From: Octopus bimaculoides
Taxonomy: Eukaryota
Assembly: GCF_001194135.2 (NCBI RefSeq)
Contig: NC_068990.1
Span: forward strand, 32,074,831-32,133,923
Length of the DNA stretch: 59,093 bases
Direction: 5' to 3'
Shown here in pieces: positions 1 through 11,965 of this stretch. The stretch's first letter is position 1; each line of letters begins with the position of its first letter. Under the pieces are notes generated by a model, which saw only the letters and a list, made by a program, of their open reading frames with translations, had not been told where the DNA came from and searched no databases. The position numbers were made by a program, and so were the translations under genes.

Positions 1-20
1 ATATATATATATATATATAA

Positions 21-690
21 GTGCCACTCCCAAATAGTTGGAGGAATCCTGGGTAGAGGTGGACCCAGGAAGACATGGGATGAGTTAGTGAAGCATGACC
101 TTCGAATGTTGGGCCTCACAGAGGCAATGATGAAAGACCGAGACCTCTGGAGATATGCTGTGACTGCGAAGACTCGGCAAATAAAGTAACCTGGGAAATA
201 AAGTGAGTTCACAGCTGTACCCTACACCAGTTTCACATAACCAGCCCCATCCCATTCAAAAGTACCTTAGATCATAGGGTGAGCTGCTGTGCTTGAGGAG
301 ACCTATTGAGTCAAGTACATCAACATCAAAATGAAAACCAAATGGAAATTGTAGTTGTGATCTCTGTGTCAGTGGCACGTAAAAAGCACCATCTGAATGT
401 GGCTGATGCCAGTGCCGCCTTGACTGGCTTCCATGCTGTGGCACATAAAAAGCACCAACTGATCGTGGCTGTTGCCAGCCTCCTCTTGTCCCTGTGCTGG
501 TGGCACGTAAAAAGCACCCACTACACTCGTGGAGTGGTTGGCATTAGGAAGGGCATCCAGCTGTAGAAACACTGCCAGATCAGATTGGAGCCTGGTGCAG
601 CCTCCTGGCTTCCCAGACCCCAGTCGAACCATCCTCCCCATCCTAGCATGGAAAACGGATGTTAGACGATGATGATGATGATGAAGATGA
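21..690 (+). mobile_element. RTE-clade LINE, 5'-truncated (ORF C-terminus, 3'UTR, (GAT)n tail)
   Basis: Encodes GRGGPRKTWDELVKHDLRMLGLTEAMMKDRDLWRYAV..*, then the shared 3'UTR ending gttagacgatgatgatgat. Confidence 0.88.
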
Positions 691-974
691 TATATATATC
701 AACCATATTCCTAAGTCTCATTTCTATTCCTTAAAAGAAGTTTCCACATTTCAAAATACCAGTAGTTGCTTTGTAAAATTCATCATTCAACTCAAATGTA
801 CTACAGTGAGCTGTACCAGAAATATTTCTCATCATACTAGGATCGATGGTATTGCTACCACTGTGAAAGCTTGGAAGACTGATTCTCATGAAATCTGAAC
901 CATTATTGTTTACTTCCACAAAAAGGTTAGCACTTCCAAGTTGTGATCGGATTTTACAACAAGAGAGACAATCA

Positions 975-995
975 AACATCATCACCATCATCATC

Positions 996-1072
<77 letters not shown>
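975..1072. repeat. Compound microsatellite (CAT)n(CT)n(CA)n; representative of dozens of (TA)n, (CA)n, (GA)n, (CAT)n and (AAT)n tracts
   Basis: Read directly. Others include 13690-13780, 14060-14150, 16860-17035, 18908-18955, 24900-24950 and 48375-48455. Confidence 0.97.
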
Positions 1073-1074
<2 letters not shown>

Positions 1075-1738
1075 GTAAGCTGAAGAAAGTCTACAACTCC
1101 TTACATATGCTGAAAATATAATTCAGTATGTCATAGTTAAGAACATTTAGCTGTAAAATATCCGACCACACTATTCTAAAATGCAATTGGCCGGATCAAG
1201 AAATTTTGAAAGATGTTGCTCTCATTTACCTTTTGGTGTTAAAAAAATTATCAATGCACAAAATATGATGTGCTTAAAGCATATAGTCTTACTGGGAAAT
1301 GAGACTCAAGGAATATATCCCAAGTTCTTGGCAGCATGTTGTGGATATCAAATTCACTGCATAGTTTCAATAAATATACCCCAAGTTTTTGGCAGCATTG
1401 CATTTTGTATCAAATTGAGTGCACAGTTTCAACCTATCTTAACTCCTTGGCTGTATTTTTATAACTCCTTGCTGTGATATGAAGAAGAAGAAATAGTTTA
1501 TAACCCTCGAGAAAATGTACCTTAATTCACACCGAGTGAGCAAAGTCACAAATTGCCATTAGTTTGGTGACTTAATTAATTATTAAAACACCAACTATAT
1601 TGAAGTATATCTATAATTTTAAAAGCAGTTAGTTCTCAGAGTTAAATACTTTTAAGAATAGCAAATGATTAAAAAAGAAATTTCATTGTGTTTTGTTGTA
1701 CTATAAGTATATGTATATGTATGTGTCTAGTATGTGTG

Positions 1739-1782
<44 letters not shown>

Positions 1783-2474
1783 CCTGCAAACTTTAACAGC
1801 TGTTAAGCTATATTTTATCACAAACTATCTAGATTGGATTTAACTGAAGCTACTTATATTGTTTTTTAAGCTGTAAAGGAATATCTACGGATAGAAATCA
1901 TTTTGTGACTCAACACCATCGTTATCATTGCTGCCTCCACTTCATCCCCCATTCTCTTCCTCATCATCATCATGACATATACATACATACACATATAGTG
2001 CAGCAGAATTTCATAAATTTTTTCAAAAGTAATCTTTACTATACTCAAGTGTATTTAATTCCAAAATAAAACTGTTTACAGTTTTATAGAAGATGTTTCT
2101 TAATTTATCAAGGCCTCATAAATAATAGCAATAGAAGAAAATATTATGTTGTGAAGAATGTTTTGAGTTCAAATTAAAACATTGAATAATATGAATGAGA
2201 CACTGCATGTGGTAACATCAAAATCATAAATTAGCAGCTTCATCTTTACAGATGGTAGGATGCTGTAGCAAGGAAAGTTGGTGTATATTATGTTGTAACC
2301 TTTGTCCAACTGCTACCAGAATAGGAGAAACATATGTTAAAGCCATTAATATAGATGCTGATTAGTTTTGAGGGGTATACCTATAAGAGAAACACCTAAT
2401 ATCATCAGATATTAGGTGTTTCCCATATAGGTATTAGTAAACCTCTTCTACAATTATTTTTGTTAGGAATCTTC

Positions 2475-2644
2475 GCAGGAGTGGCTATGTGGTAAGTAGC
2501 TTGCTTACCAACCACATGGTTCCAGGTTCAGTCCCACTGTGTGGCACCTTGGGCAAGTGTCTTCTACTATAGCCTCGGGCCGACCAAAGCCTTCTGAGTG
2601 GATTTGGTAGACGGAAACTGAAAGAAGCCCGTCTTATATATGTA

Positions 2645-2693
<49 letters not shown>

Positions 2694-2913
2694 ATATGTT
2701 TGTGTATCTGTGTTTGTCCCCCCCCCCCAACATCGCTTGACAACCGATACTGGTGTGTTTACGTTACCGTAACTTAGCGGTTCGGCAAAAGAGGCCAAAT
2801 AGAATAAGTACTAGGCTTCCAAAGCATAAGTCCTGGGGTCGATTTGCTTGACTAAAGGTGGTACTCCAGCATGGCCACAGTCAAATGACTGAAACAAGTA
2901 AAAGGGATAAAAG
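2475..2913 (+). mobile_element. tRNA-headed SINE family A (internal (TA)n/(TG)n microsatellite, AAAAGAG-type tail)
   Basis: A-box-like TGGCTATGTGG and B-box-like GGTTCAGTCCC; several dispersed copies in the window. Confidence 0.88.
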
Positions 2914-3039
2914 AGATACTTGGTAAATATGTAATTGGTTGATGGTTTGAGTTAACATTTCCTTTCAGTCTACCTTTCAGTAGATTCTTCCTTTTGTTGA
3001 CCACAGTGCTATTTCCTTTAGTTGTATCATTGATTACAT

Positions 3040-3560
3040 GGAAACTTATACACATTTTCAGCCAATAAACCAGGTCTGGTCCAGCTGCTTTCCACTTTCC
3101 TACATTTTTTTTTATTGCTTTCAGATATTTGCTTTCATGATAATAGCATTTTCCACATTTCAGCATTTTCAGCATAATTTTCCACATTTTTTATTCTTGT
3201 GCTTGACATTCTCAAATTTCTCATTAAAATAACTTGCTTTCTACAGTATTCCGTCTTGTTATTATTTTTCTCATTTCCTTCAAGAATATCAAATTGGTTT
3301 TTCCTGTTTGGTTGAAAAACAATGATTTTGCTTATATTGGTTGTTTCTTCCTTTCTAATTTCTCATTTTGACAGATTTTGCCTTTGTTCTCTGCTTTAAT
3401 CTTTTGATCAGTGTCCCAATTCCATTTTTCCTTGGATTTTCTCAATATACCTTTCTGTTTTTTCTTTAATTTATTCTACTCTCACTACTTTCTTAAGGCC
3501 ACTAATATTCATTAGTGTCCGTCTTTTTCACAAAGGTACCAACTGATTCTTTCTTTATCC
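3040..3560 (-). mobile_element. Decayed R4/Dong-like LINE ORF fragment
   Basis: WKAAGPDLVYWLK resembles WKAPGPD....WLK upstream of RT; A-rich coding-like composition, many stops. Confidence 0.5.
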
Positions 3561-4187
3561 TTTCTTTTTTTTTTTTTCAAAATGTAAGCAGATACATTAG
3601 CACCTGCTAATACAAGCATGATATTAGCAAAATCAAGTGTTTTTGTAGCTCTTTAAAGACAGAAAGACAAAATTCTACAATATAAAAATGGGTAAATCTG
3701 ACATTTTTATTCATAATTTTGTCAAACCTGGTAGCTGGTAGCTTTCTTCATATTGTCATTAATCTTTCTAATGAATTTATTTTTTTTGCTAATTTAAGAG
3801 CAGGTTGATAAACTTGATTAAATCTGAAAATGGAAACTGACAAAAAGTTGGAAATATAGGGTCTTTTCTTCTTTTTTGAAGGACAGGGGCTGGGAGTGAA
3901 ACTAATTTAATCTACTTGCTTTTGGGATATCATTATAGGTATAGGCTACTCCACCAAAAATCCTTTTACTAGAAAACAGATTAAAAAGTTTTTTTCTGAC
4001 ATTATTAACTAGGCTTTAATATATTATTTTCTACTCTAAGCACAAGACCCAAAATTTTGGGGAAGAGGGCCAGTCAATTAAATGGAACCCAACATGCAAC
4101 TGGTGCTTAATTTATTGGCTTTGTATCCTTGTTAGAAACCAGCTTCTTTTTCAGAAAAAGAATTCAAATAACTAAAAATAGAAGAGA

Positions 4188-4227
<40 letters not shown>

Positions 4228-4254
4228 ATAGTTATGTATATGTATATGAATATA

Positions 4255-4563
4255 CAGAGTGCAGTGAATATATTGTCATCTAAATTACGCAAAACTGAAA
4301 TTAACACTGACATCTCATTTTAACAGATATATTTACCAAAATTACATAAAAATATCTTGAAATATTAAAGAGTAAATTTATTCAATAAAATTGCCATTGG
4401 CTTCAATCATGGTCTCCAGACGACTTTGGAATCTCTTGCAACTCTTCTGGACAATTTCCTTATTTAAGTTGGTGAATGCTGCCATAATCCTTGCCTTCAG
4501 TTCATCTTTGGTGATAGTTGGGGTTTTGTTGGTCTCTCGCTCAACTGCGCCCCACATATAATG
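4255..4563 (-). mobile_element. Tc1/mariner-superfamily 3' fragment with TIR (DD37D/maT-like, tentative)
   Basis: YMWGAVERETNK..LKARIMAAF..IVQKSCKRFQSRLETMIEANGNFIE*; terminus ta|cagagtgcagtg. Confidence 0.78.
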
Positions 4564-4570
4564 GTGGTGA

Positions 4571-4601
<31 letters not shown>

Positions 4602-5071
4602 AATGATACACACGTGCGCGTGTACACACACACACACATACACACACACACACTGACTCACTGACACACACACATAAACATATACACCTGGTAGTACATT
4701 TCCAAATATTCTCAGATTTGTGAAAGACACATGCCCCACATTTCATAGCACATGAACATTTATGCATAGACACAACACCTGAAAATACATATGCCTGAAT
4801 CAACAGAAATCGTTGTTAATTATATATATTTTCTAAATGTGTTGAAATAATGATAAATCATCAAAGCTATCACTTACAAACTTGTCAGTTTGCATCAGGC
4901 TTGAGATTACATTTGGTCCTATTTGACATTATGAATGTTGTGGCTTAAGTTAGAAATTTCCATTGCAGTTGGTTTGTTTCAAAGTTTACTGAACTCTGAG
5001 GTATGAAATGTACAGATGTCAGGTATGTGTTTGTGTTTGTGTGTGTATGTATATGTATATGTTTCTTAGAT

Positions 5072-5323
5072 CCTACCAGAATCTAAGATACATATATATG
5101 TGTGTGTGTGTGTATATATATACACACAAACACACATATACGCACATACACACATATATATATGTATATATGTGTGTGTGTGTGTGTGAGAGATAGAGAA
5201 TGTGTATACACACACACATATATACATATATATATGTGTATGTGCATGTATGTGTGTTTGTGTGTATATGTATATACACACATACACACACACACATATA
5301 TATGTATCGTAGATCCTGGTAGG
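5072..5323. repeat. Quasi-palindrome of about 250 bp (microsatellite plus unique sequence)
   Basis: cctaccagaatctaagatacatatatatg at the left end pairs with catatatatgtatcgtagatcctggtagg at the right end; internal microsatellite interruptions are mirrored too. Confidence 0.85.
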
Positions 5324-5430
5324 GTATAAAGGTAGGCTATTTCCAGAGAAGCACTCAAGCCAAGTTCTGGGCTATCAACACTGTCAGATTCCAGACTAAT
5401 ATATGTATATATATATATAAGTGATATATC

Positions 5431-5470
<40 letters not shown>

Positions 5471-6595
5471 CAATGTTAATTCTCTAAATGAAGTATTAAC
5501 AGTAACTGCACGATAAAGTGTAGTATATTGCCACTTAAGTGTGGCTGACCCCTAGGGGTGGATGTTACAGTTGCTTTTAGCCCCAGGAGGACATCTCCTC
5601 CAGCTGGCTTATCGACACACTACTGTGTCCTGTTTGCCAAGGGAAGTTATCCCTCCCATCATGATCTGTAGCACAAATGGTACCGGGTTTCAGGGTTATT
5701 NNNNNNNNNNNNNNNNNNNNNNNNNNNNNNNNNNNNNNNNNNNNNNNNNNNNNNNNNNNNNNNNNNNNNNNNNNNNNNNNNNNNNNNNNNNNNNNNNNNN
5801 NNNNNNNNNNNNNNNNNNNNNNNNNNNNNNNNNNNNNNNNNNNNNNNNNNNNNNNNNNNNNNNNNNNNNNNNNNNNNNNNNNNNNNNNNNNNNNNNNNNN
5901 NNNNNNNNNNNNNNNNNNNNNNNNNNNNNNNNNNNNNNNNNNNNNNNNNNNNNNNNNNNNNNNNNNNNNNNNNNNNNNNNNNNNNNNNNNNNNNNNNNNN
6001 NNNNNNNNNNNNNNNNNNNNNNNNNNNNNNNNNNNNNNNNNNNNNNNNNNNNNNNNNNNNNNNNNNNNNNNNNNNNNNNNNNNNNNNNNNNNNNNNNNNN
6101 NNNNNNNNNNNNNNNNNNNNNNNNNNNNNNNNNNNNNNNNNNNNNNNNNNNNNNNNNNNNNNNNNNNNNNNNNNNNNNNNNNNNNNNNNNNNNNNNNNNN
6201 NNNNNNNNNNNNNNNNNNNNNNNNNNNNNNNNNNNNNNNNNNNNNNNNNNNNNNNNNNNNNNNNNNNNNNNNNNNNNNNNNNNNNNNNNNNNNNNNNNNN
6301 NNNNNNNNNNNNNNNNNNNNNNNNNNNNNNNNNNNNNNNNNNNNNNNNNNNNNNNNNNNNNNNNNNNNNNNNNNNNNNNNNNNNNNNNNNNNNNNNNNNN
6401 NNNNNNNNNNNNNNNNNNNNNNNNNNNNNNNNNNNNNNNNNNNNNNNNNNNNNNNNNNNNNNNNNNNNNNNNNNNNNNNNNNNNNNNNNNNNNNNNNNNN
6501 NNGTATAAAGGTAGGCTATTTCCAGAGAAGCACTCAAGCCAAGTTCTGGGCTATCAACACTGTCAGATTCCAGACTAATATATGTATATATATAT

Positions 6596-7048
6596 ATCAT
6601 CATCATCGTTTAACATCCGCTTTCCATGCTGGCATGGGTTGGACGATTTGACTAGGGACTGGCGAACCAGATGGCTACACCAGGCTCCAATCTGATCTGG
6701 TAGAGATTCTACAGCTGGATGCCTTTCCTAACGCCAACCACTCCGAGAGTGTAGTGGGTGCTTTTAAGTGCCACCGGCACGAGGGCCACACTCGAATGGT
6801 GTTTTTTATGTACAACTTTTTACGTGTGGCACTTTTTCACACAGCTATCCTCATCCATTCTCACCACATGACCATACCAGTACAGTCATCTCTCTTGCAA
6901 ACCACATCTGATGCTTCTTAGNNNNNNNNNNACCAGTACAGTCATCTCTCTTGCAAACCACATCTGATGCTTCTTAGGTCCAACTTTTCTCTCAAGGCAC
7001 TTACACTCTGTTGAGTATGCACACTGACATTACACATCCAGCAAAGTA
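6596..7048 (-). mobile_element. RTE LINE 3'UTR plus ORF fragment
   Basis: (CAT)n tail and 3'UTR; ORF piece LCWMCNVSVHTQQSVSALREKLDLRSIRCGLQER. A short duplication flanks the 10-N gap. Confidence 0.85.
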
Positions 7049-7049
7049 T

Positions 7050-8167
7050 GCATATATATATGCATGGCCAAACCACTGGATCAATCTGTATCAAATTTGG
7101 CTGTCTGGAAATTATGTTGATTTTTTTCTTTTTCCGCTTTAAAGGCAAACGATTCTGAAACGCTTTTTAATTGCGATAATGAAACAAGAGGTTTAAAGAA
7201 AAAGAAAGAGTAAAGTTTCTAAATAACGAAAGGTCTTCATATGGACACACACTTATACACTGTAAGATATCTTTCAATTTATACAATAAACTTTATAGAT
7301 TTTAAAGTTCAATATTCCTGTGACATAAGTTAGAGATATTGATATGAGTTATTCAAGTAATTGTTCGTAGCCACTCCCCCTATTCGACACTTCTGATTTT
7401 TTTTTTTGCAGTGGTATAATAGTTTCACTTTTCATAACACTATAGTTTCACTTTTATTCTTACTGTCTGTGTATGTGTGTGTTTCTTCTATGCACAGCCA
7501 AACGTCTAGATCAATCTGTACCAAATTTGGCTGCCTGGAAATTATGTCAGTTTTGTTTTTTTGCTTTAAAGGTAAACGATTCTGATAGAAGCAAACATGA
7601 TACTGAATAATTCTCTGTCATATGTCTACAACCCCACCTCTTTTTTTTTAAGTAAAGATAAATACTTTTTAATTGTGAAAATGAAACAAGAGGTTTAGTC
7701 CTGTCTGCCAAAATTAATTTCTCTTGGAAAATATAAAGGTGATGATGTCTTCATTCCATGGATCCCATTAATCCTGTCTAACCTCCCCTATGAATTTAAA
7801 CAGCTCCAGTTCCCAATTTTGCTATGTCCATAAACAAATCTCAAGCACAATCTCTCAACATTGTTGGCCTTAACCATGCTTCTCCTTGCTTCTCTCATGG
7901 GCAATTATATGTAGGATGTTTGCGAGTTGGAAGTCCCAAAACTCTTTTTCTTTGTACACCAATTAAAGAACACACTGAAAACATTGTATATTTAGAAGTT
8001 CTGCAAAATTAAAACTGTGATTGATTTCAGGATTTGTTTTAATAACTTTGTTTATACTCATGTCATCTGATAGAATTTTTCTGAAAATATCTTTTTTATC
8101 AGAATAAATATATTTATTTCCTTTAACTTTCTTTAAATTTCCGAGCAACACCGGGTACTTAGGCTAG
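7050..8167 (+). mobile_element. Helitron relic with helicase C-terminus and intact 3' end
   Basis: VFIPWIPLI..LQFPI, MSINKSQAQSL, FSHGQLYVG..RV and NIVYLEVL are PIF1-type RepHel terminal motifs. Subterminal GC-rich ccgagcaacaccggg, then CTAG|T at 8164-8168. Confidence 0.9.
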
Positions 8168-8920
8168 TNNNNNNNNNNNNNNNNNNNNNNNNNNNNNNNN
8201 NNNNNNNNNNNNNNNNNNNNNNNNNNNNNNNNNNNNNNNNNNNNNNNNNNNNNNNNNNNNNNNNNNNNNNNNNNNNNNNNNNNNNNNNNNNNNNNNNNNN
8301 NNNNNNNNNNNNNNNNNNNNNNNNNNNNNNNNNNNNNNNNNNNNNNNNNNNNNNNNNNNNNNNNNNNNNNNNNNNNNNNNNNNNNNNNNNNNNNNNNNNN
8401 NNNNNNNNNNNNNNNNNNNNNNNNNNNNNNNNNNNNNNNNNNNNNNNNNNNNNNNNNNNNNNNNNNNNNNNNNNNNNNNNNNNNNNNNNNNNNNNNNNNN
8501 NNNNNNNNNNNNNNNNNNNNNNNNNNNNNNNNNNNNNNNNNNNNNNNNNNNNNNNNNNNNNNNNNNNNNNNNNNNNNNNNNNNNNNNNNNNNNNNNNNNN
8601 NNNNNNNNNNNNNNNNNNNNNNNNNNNNNNNNNNNNNNNNNNNNNNNNNNNNNNNNNNNNNNNNNNNNNNNNNNNNNNNNNNNNNNNNNNNNNNNNNNNN
8701 NNNNNNNNNNNNNNNNNNNNNNNNNNNNNNNNNNNNNNNNNNNNNNNNNNNNNNNNNNNNNNNNNNNNNNNNNNNNNNNNNNNNNNNNNNNNNNNNNNNN
8801 NNNNNNNNNNNNNNNNNNNNNNNNNNNNNNNNNNNNNNNNNNNNNNNNNNNNNNNNNNNNNNNNNNNNNNNNNNNNNNNNNNNNNNNNNNNNNNNNNNNN
8901 NNNNNNNNNNNNNNNNNNNN

Positions 8921-9790
8921 TGGCCTGGCAGTATACTGGGAGTGCTACCAGTTTGAGACAAACTCCACAGGCATGAATGTGCTGTCAGACAGGTTTGTCC
9001 AAGGTATGTGCAGAGCAACGAAATTGTTCAGAATGCACTCATGCAGTGTCTGGGCATTGCTGACTTGTGGAGTTACCTCAAACAGCTGCTGTCATGCGTG
9101 GGACAGGTCAGTATACCAGCTGAGTCCATAGTGGTGATTGTCCTGCCACTTTTTTTTTAACGAGGCAGGTGAGGCAGTTTTGCTTTGCCTGGTGGCTGTA
9201 GTCAAAGAAATTGTTTGATAGACGAAACTAAAAGGCATGAGGACAGAGACATTCCTCTTTGGAGGAGCCCTCATTGACTTTTTCAAGTTTCACTTGAAAG
9301 GAAAAATGAGGGTGGAGAAGGAGATGCTGTCCTTGAGTGAATTTATTGAAAGGTGGGTGAAAGTTGTGAAGCTGGCAAGAGTGGATGGTACTACTCTAAA
9401 TATAGACCTGTGAATCAAGGAACAGGAAGTGGGGAGGGTACTTTCCCTTGGTGTTCAGGGAGATCTTGGATGGTGGGGTTGCTTGATATTCCCTAGAGGT
9501 CTTCCTGTATCACCACTATCAACCGGGTTTTTTCTTGCTTTCTTTTTCTTCTCTTTTTTTTTTTACTGTTGTATAGTGTGTATGCTTCCTTTCTTTGTTT
9601 TATTGTCTACTGTGTACACTTTCTAAACATACATACATACATACATGTATATATATTATTTTGTTTCTTTTTTTATTGTCATGTTATATGTAAACCCCAA
9701 CACTTTATGTCTGTCTTTGTATTGTCTTCCTCATCCTGCCCTGGTGGCAAATAAAAGAAATCATTATCAGCATCATCATCGTTATCATCA
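8921..9790 (+). mobile_element. Tx1/L1-clade LINE 3' end (ORF2 C-terminal zinc-knuckle region plus 3'UTR)
   Basis: LPV*DKL.RH..VCPR..NEIVQNALMQC..IADLW..EFIERW; T-rich 3'UTR, AATAAA, short-repeat tail. Confidence 0.7.
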
Positions 9791-10026
9791 TAACATAATA
9801 GTTAAAGATAATTACTTTATCATGCTGACAAAGACAATCAGCAATGAATTATTTTTGAGTTGCAAGTTATTTAATAGCATTTGGTAGTGATGGTATCATG
9901 TTGTAAACATCCAGTTAGATTTGTGCGCAATGAACTGCCAGTGAAGGAAAATGTCAGATACAAGTAGGAAATTAATAAAAACACATACACATACACACAC
10001 ATGCACACGTACATCTACATGTACAC

Positions 10027-10063
<37 letters not shown>

Positions 10064-10128
10064 ATACACACATAAATACGCATGCATATATATGTATGTG
10101 TGTATATGTATGTATATGCATATATGTT

Positions 10129-10179
<51 letters not shown>

Positions 10180-10954
10180 NNNNNNNNNNNNNNNNNNNNN
10201 NNNNNNNNNNNNNNNNNNNNNNNNNNNNNNNNNNNNNNNNNNNNNNNNNNNNNNNNNNNNNNNNNNNNNNNNNNNNNNNNNNNNNNNNNNNNNNNNNNNN
10301 NNNNNNNNNNNNNNNNNNNNNNNNNNNNNNNNNNNNNNNNNNNNNNNNNNNNNNNNNNNNNNNNNNNNNNNNNNNNNNNNNNNNNNNNNNNNNNNNNNNN
10401 NNNNNNNNNNNNNNNNNNNNNNNNNNNNNNNNNNNNNNNNNNNNNNNNNNNNNNNNNNNNNNNNNNNNNNNNNNNNNNNNNNNNNNNNNNNNNNNNNNNN
10501 NNNNNNNNNNNNNNNNNNNNNNNNNNNNNNNNNNNNNNNNNNNNNNNNNNNNNNNNNNNNNNNNNNNNNNNNNNNNNNNNNNNNNNNNNNNNNNNNNNNN
10601 NNNNNNNNNNNNNNNNNNNNNNNNNNNNNNNNNNNNNNNNNNNNNNNNNNNNNNNNNNNNNNNNNNNNNNNNNNNNNNNNNNNNNNNNNNNNNNNNNNNN
10701 NNNNNNNNNNNNNNNNNNNNNNNNNNNNNNNNNNNNNNNNNNNNNNNNNNNNNNNNNNNNNNNNNNNNNNNNNNNNNNNNNNNNNNNNNNNNNNNNNNNN
10801 NNNNNNNNNNNNNNNNNNNNNNNNNNNNNNNNNNNNNNNNNNNNNNNNNNNNNNNNNNNNNNNNNNNNNNNNNNNNNNNNNNNNNNNNNNNNNNNNNNNN
10901 NNNNNNNNNNNNNNNNNNNNNNNNNNNNNNNNNNNNACACAGCCACATATATAT

Positions 10955-11560
10955 ATCATCATCATCATCATTGTCGTTTAACGTCCGCTTTCCATGCTAG
11001 CATGGGTTGGACAATTTGACTGAGGACTGGTGCAACCGGATGGCTACACCAGGCTCCAATCTGATTTGGCAGAATTTCTACAGCTGGATGCCCTTCCTAA
11101 TGCCAACCACTCAGAGAGTGTAGTGGGTGCTTTTACTTGTTACCCGCACGAAGGCCAGTCAGGCGGTACTGGCAACGGCCACGCTCAAAATGTTGTATTT
11201 TATGTGCCACCTACACAAGAGCCAGTCCAGGGGCACTGGCAACGATCTCACTTGAAAGTCCTTACACATGCCGTGGACACAAGTACCAGAAAGGCGATGC
11301 TGGGCACAGTTGCCATTACGATTTCGCTTGCCCCAATAAGTCTTCGTAAGCTGAGTTTCGTGTCCAATGAAGGAGACGACGTTGGCATGGGTGCCAGTCA
11401 TCGAATTTAACTCGATTTCGATTTCACTTGCCTCAACAGGTCTTCGCAAGTGGAGTTTAGTGTCCAATGAAGGAAGGTATGCATAAGTGGACTGGCTGAG
11501 GCCTTAGATTTAGGTCTCACTTGGCTTGCCGGGTCTTCTCACACACAGCATATTTCCAAT
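10955..11560 (-). mobile_element. RTE LINE 3'UTR copy, nearly complete
   Basis: Collinear with 57560-58300; (CAT)n tail. Confidence 0.88.
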
Positions 11561-11965
11561 TGGCAGAGTTTCTACAGCTGGAATCCATAACATTACATGA
11601 TGGGTATTCACCAGAGGGGCAGACCCAAGCCATAACATTACATGACATGTCGGGTATTCGCCAAACCTAACCCAGAACATATTCTTAGTGAAAATCATTC
11701 GATATTTCAAACACTAGTCTTTAGTGAATATTTTTTGCCAAAGCTTTGTGAGTGGATTTGATAGACAGAAACTGAAAGAAGCCCATCACATATAGATACA
11801 TATATGTATGCACATATATACATATACATACATACATATACATATAAGAATTATGAACAAGTCATAATTATAACAGAGAGGTTTCAAAAACCCTTACATG
11901 TTTAGAAATAGCAGTCAAAAACCACTATAAAGCCACTATTATCACACATATTATATCTCCTCACA

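Noticed and set aside
2475-2560. tRNA genes at SINE heads
   Set aside because: A/B-box-like motifs are present, but I found no cloverleaf and each continues into a SINE body.
4129-5358. ORFs rich in HT/YI/CV/MY repeats, here and throughout the window
   Set aside because: Translations of (CA)n, (TA)n and (TG)n microsatellites.
6850-6980. Direct repeat around the 10-N gap
   Set aside because: Typical unmerged contig overlap.
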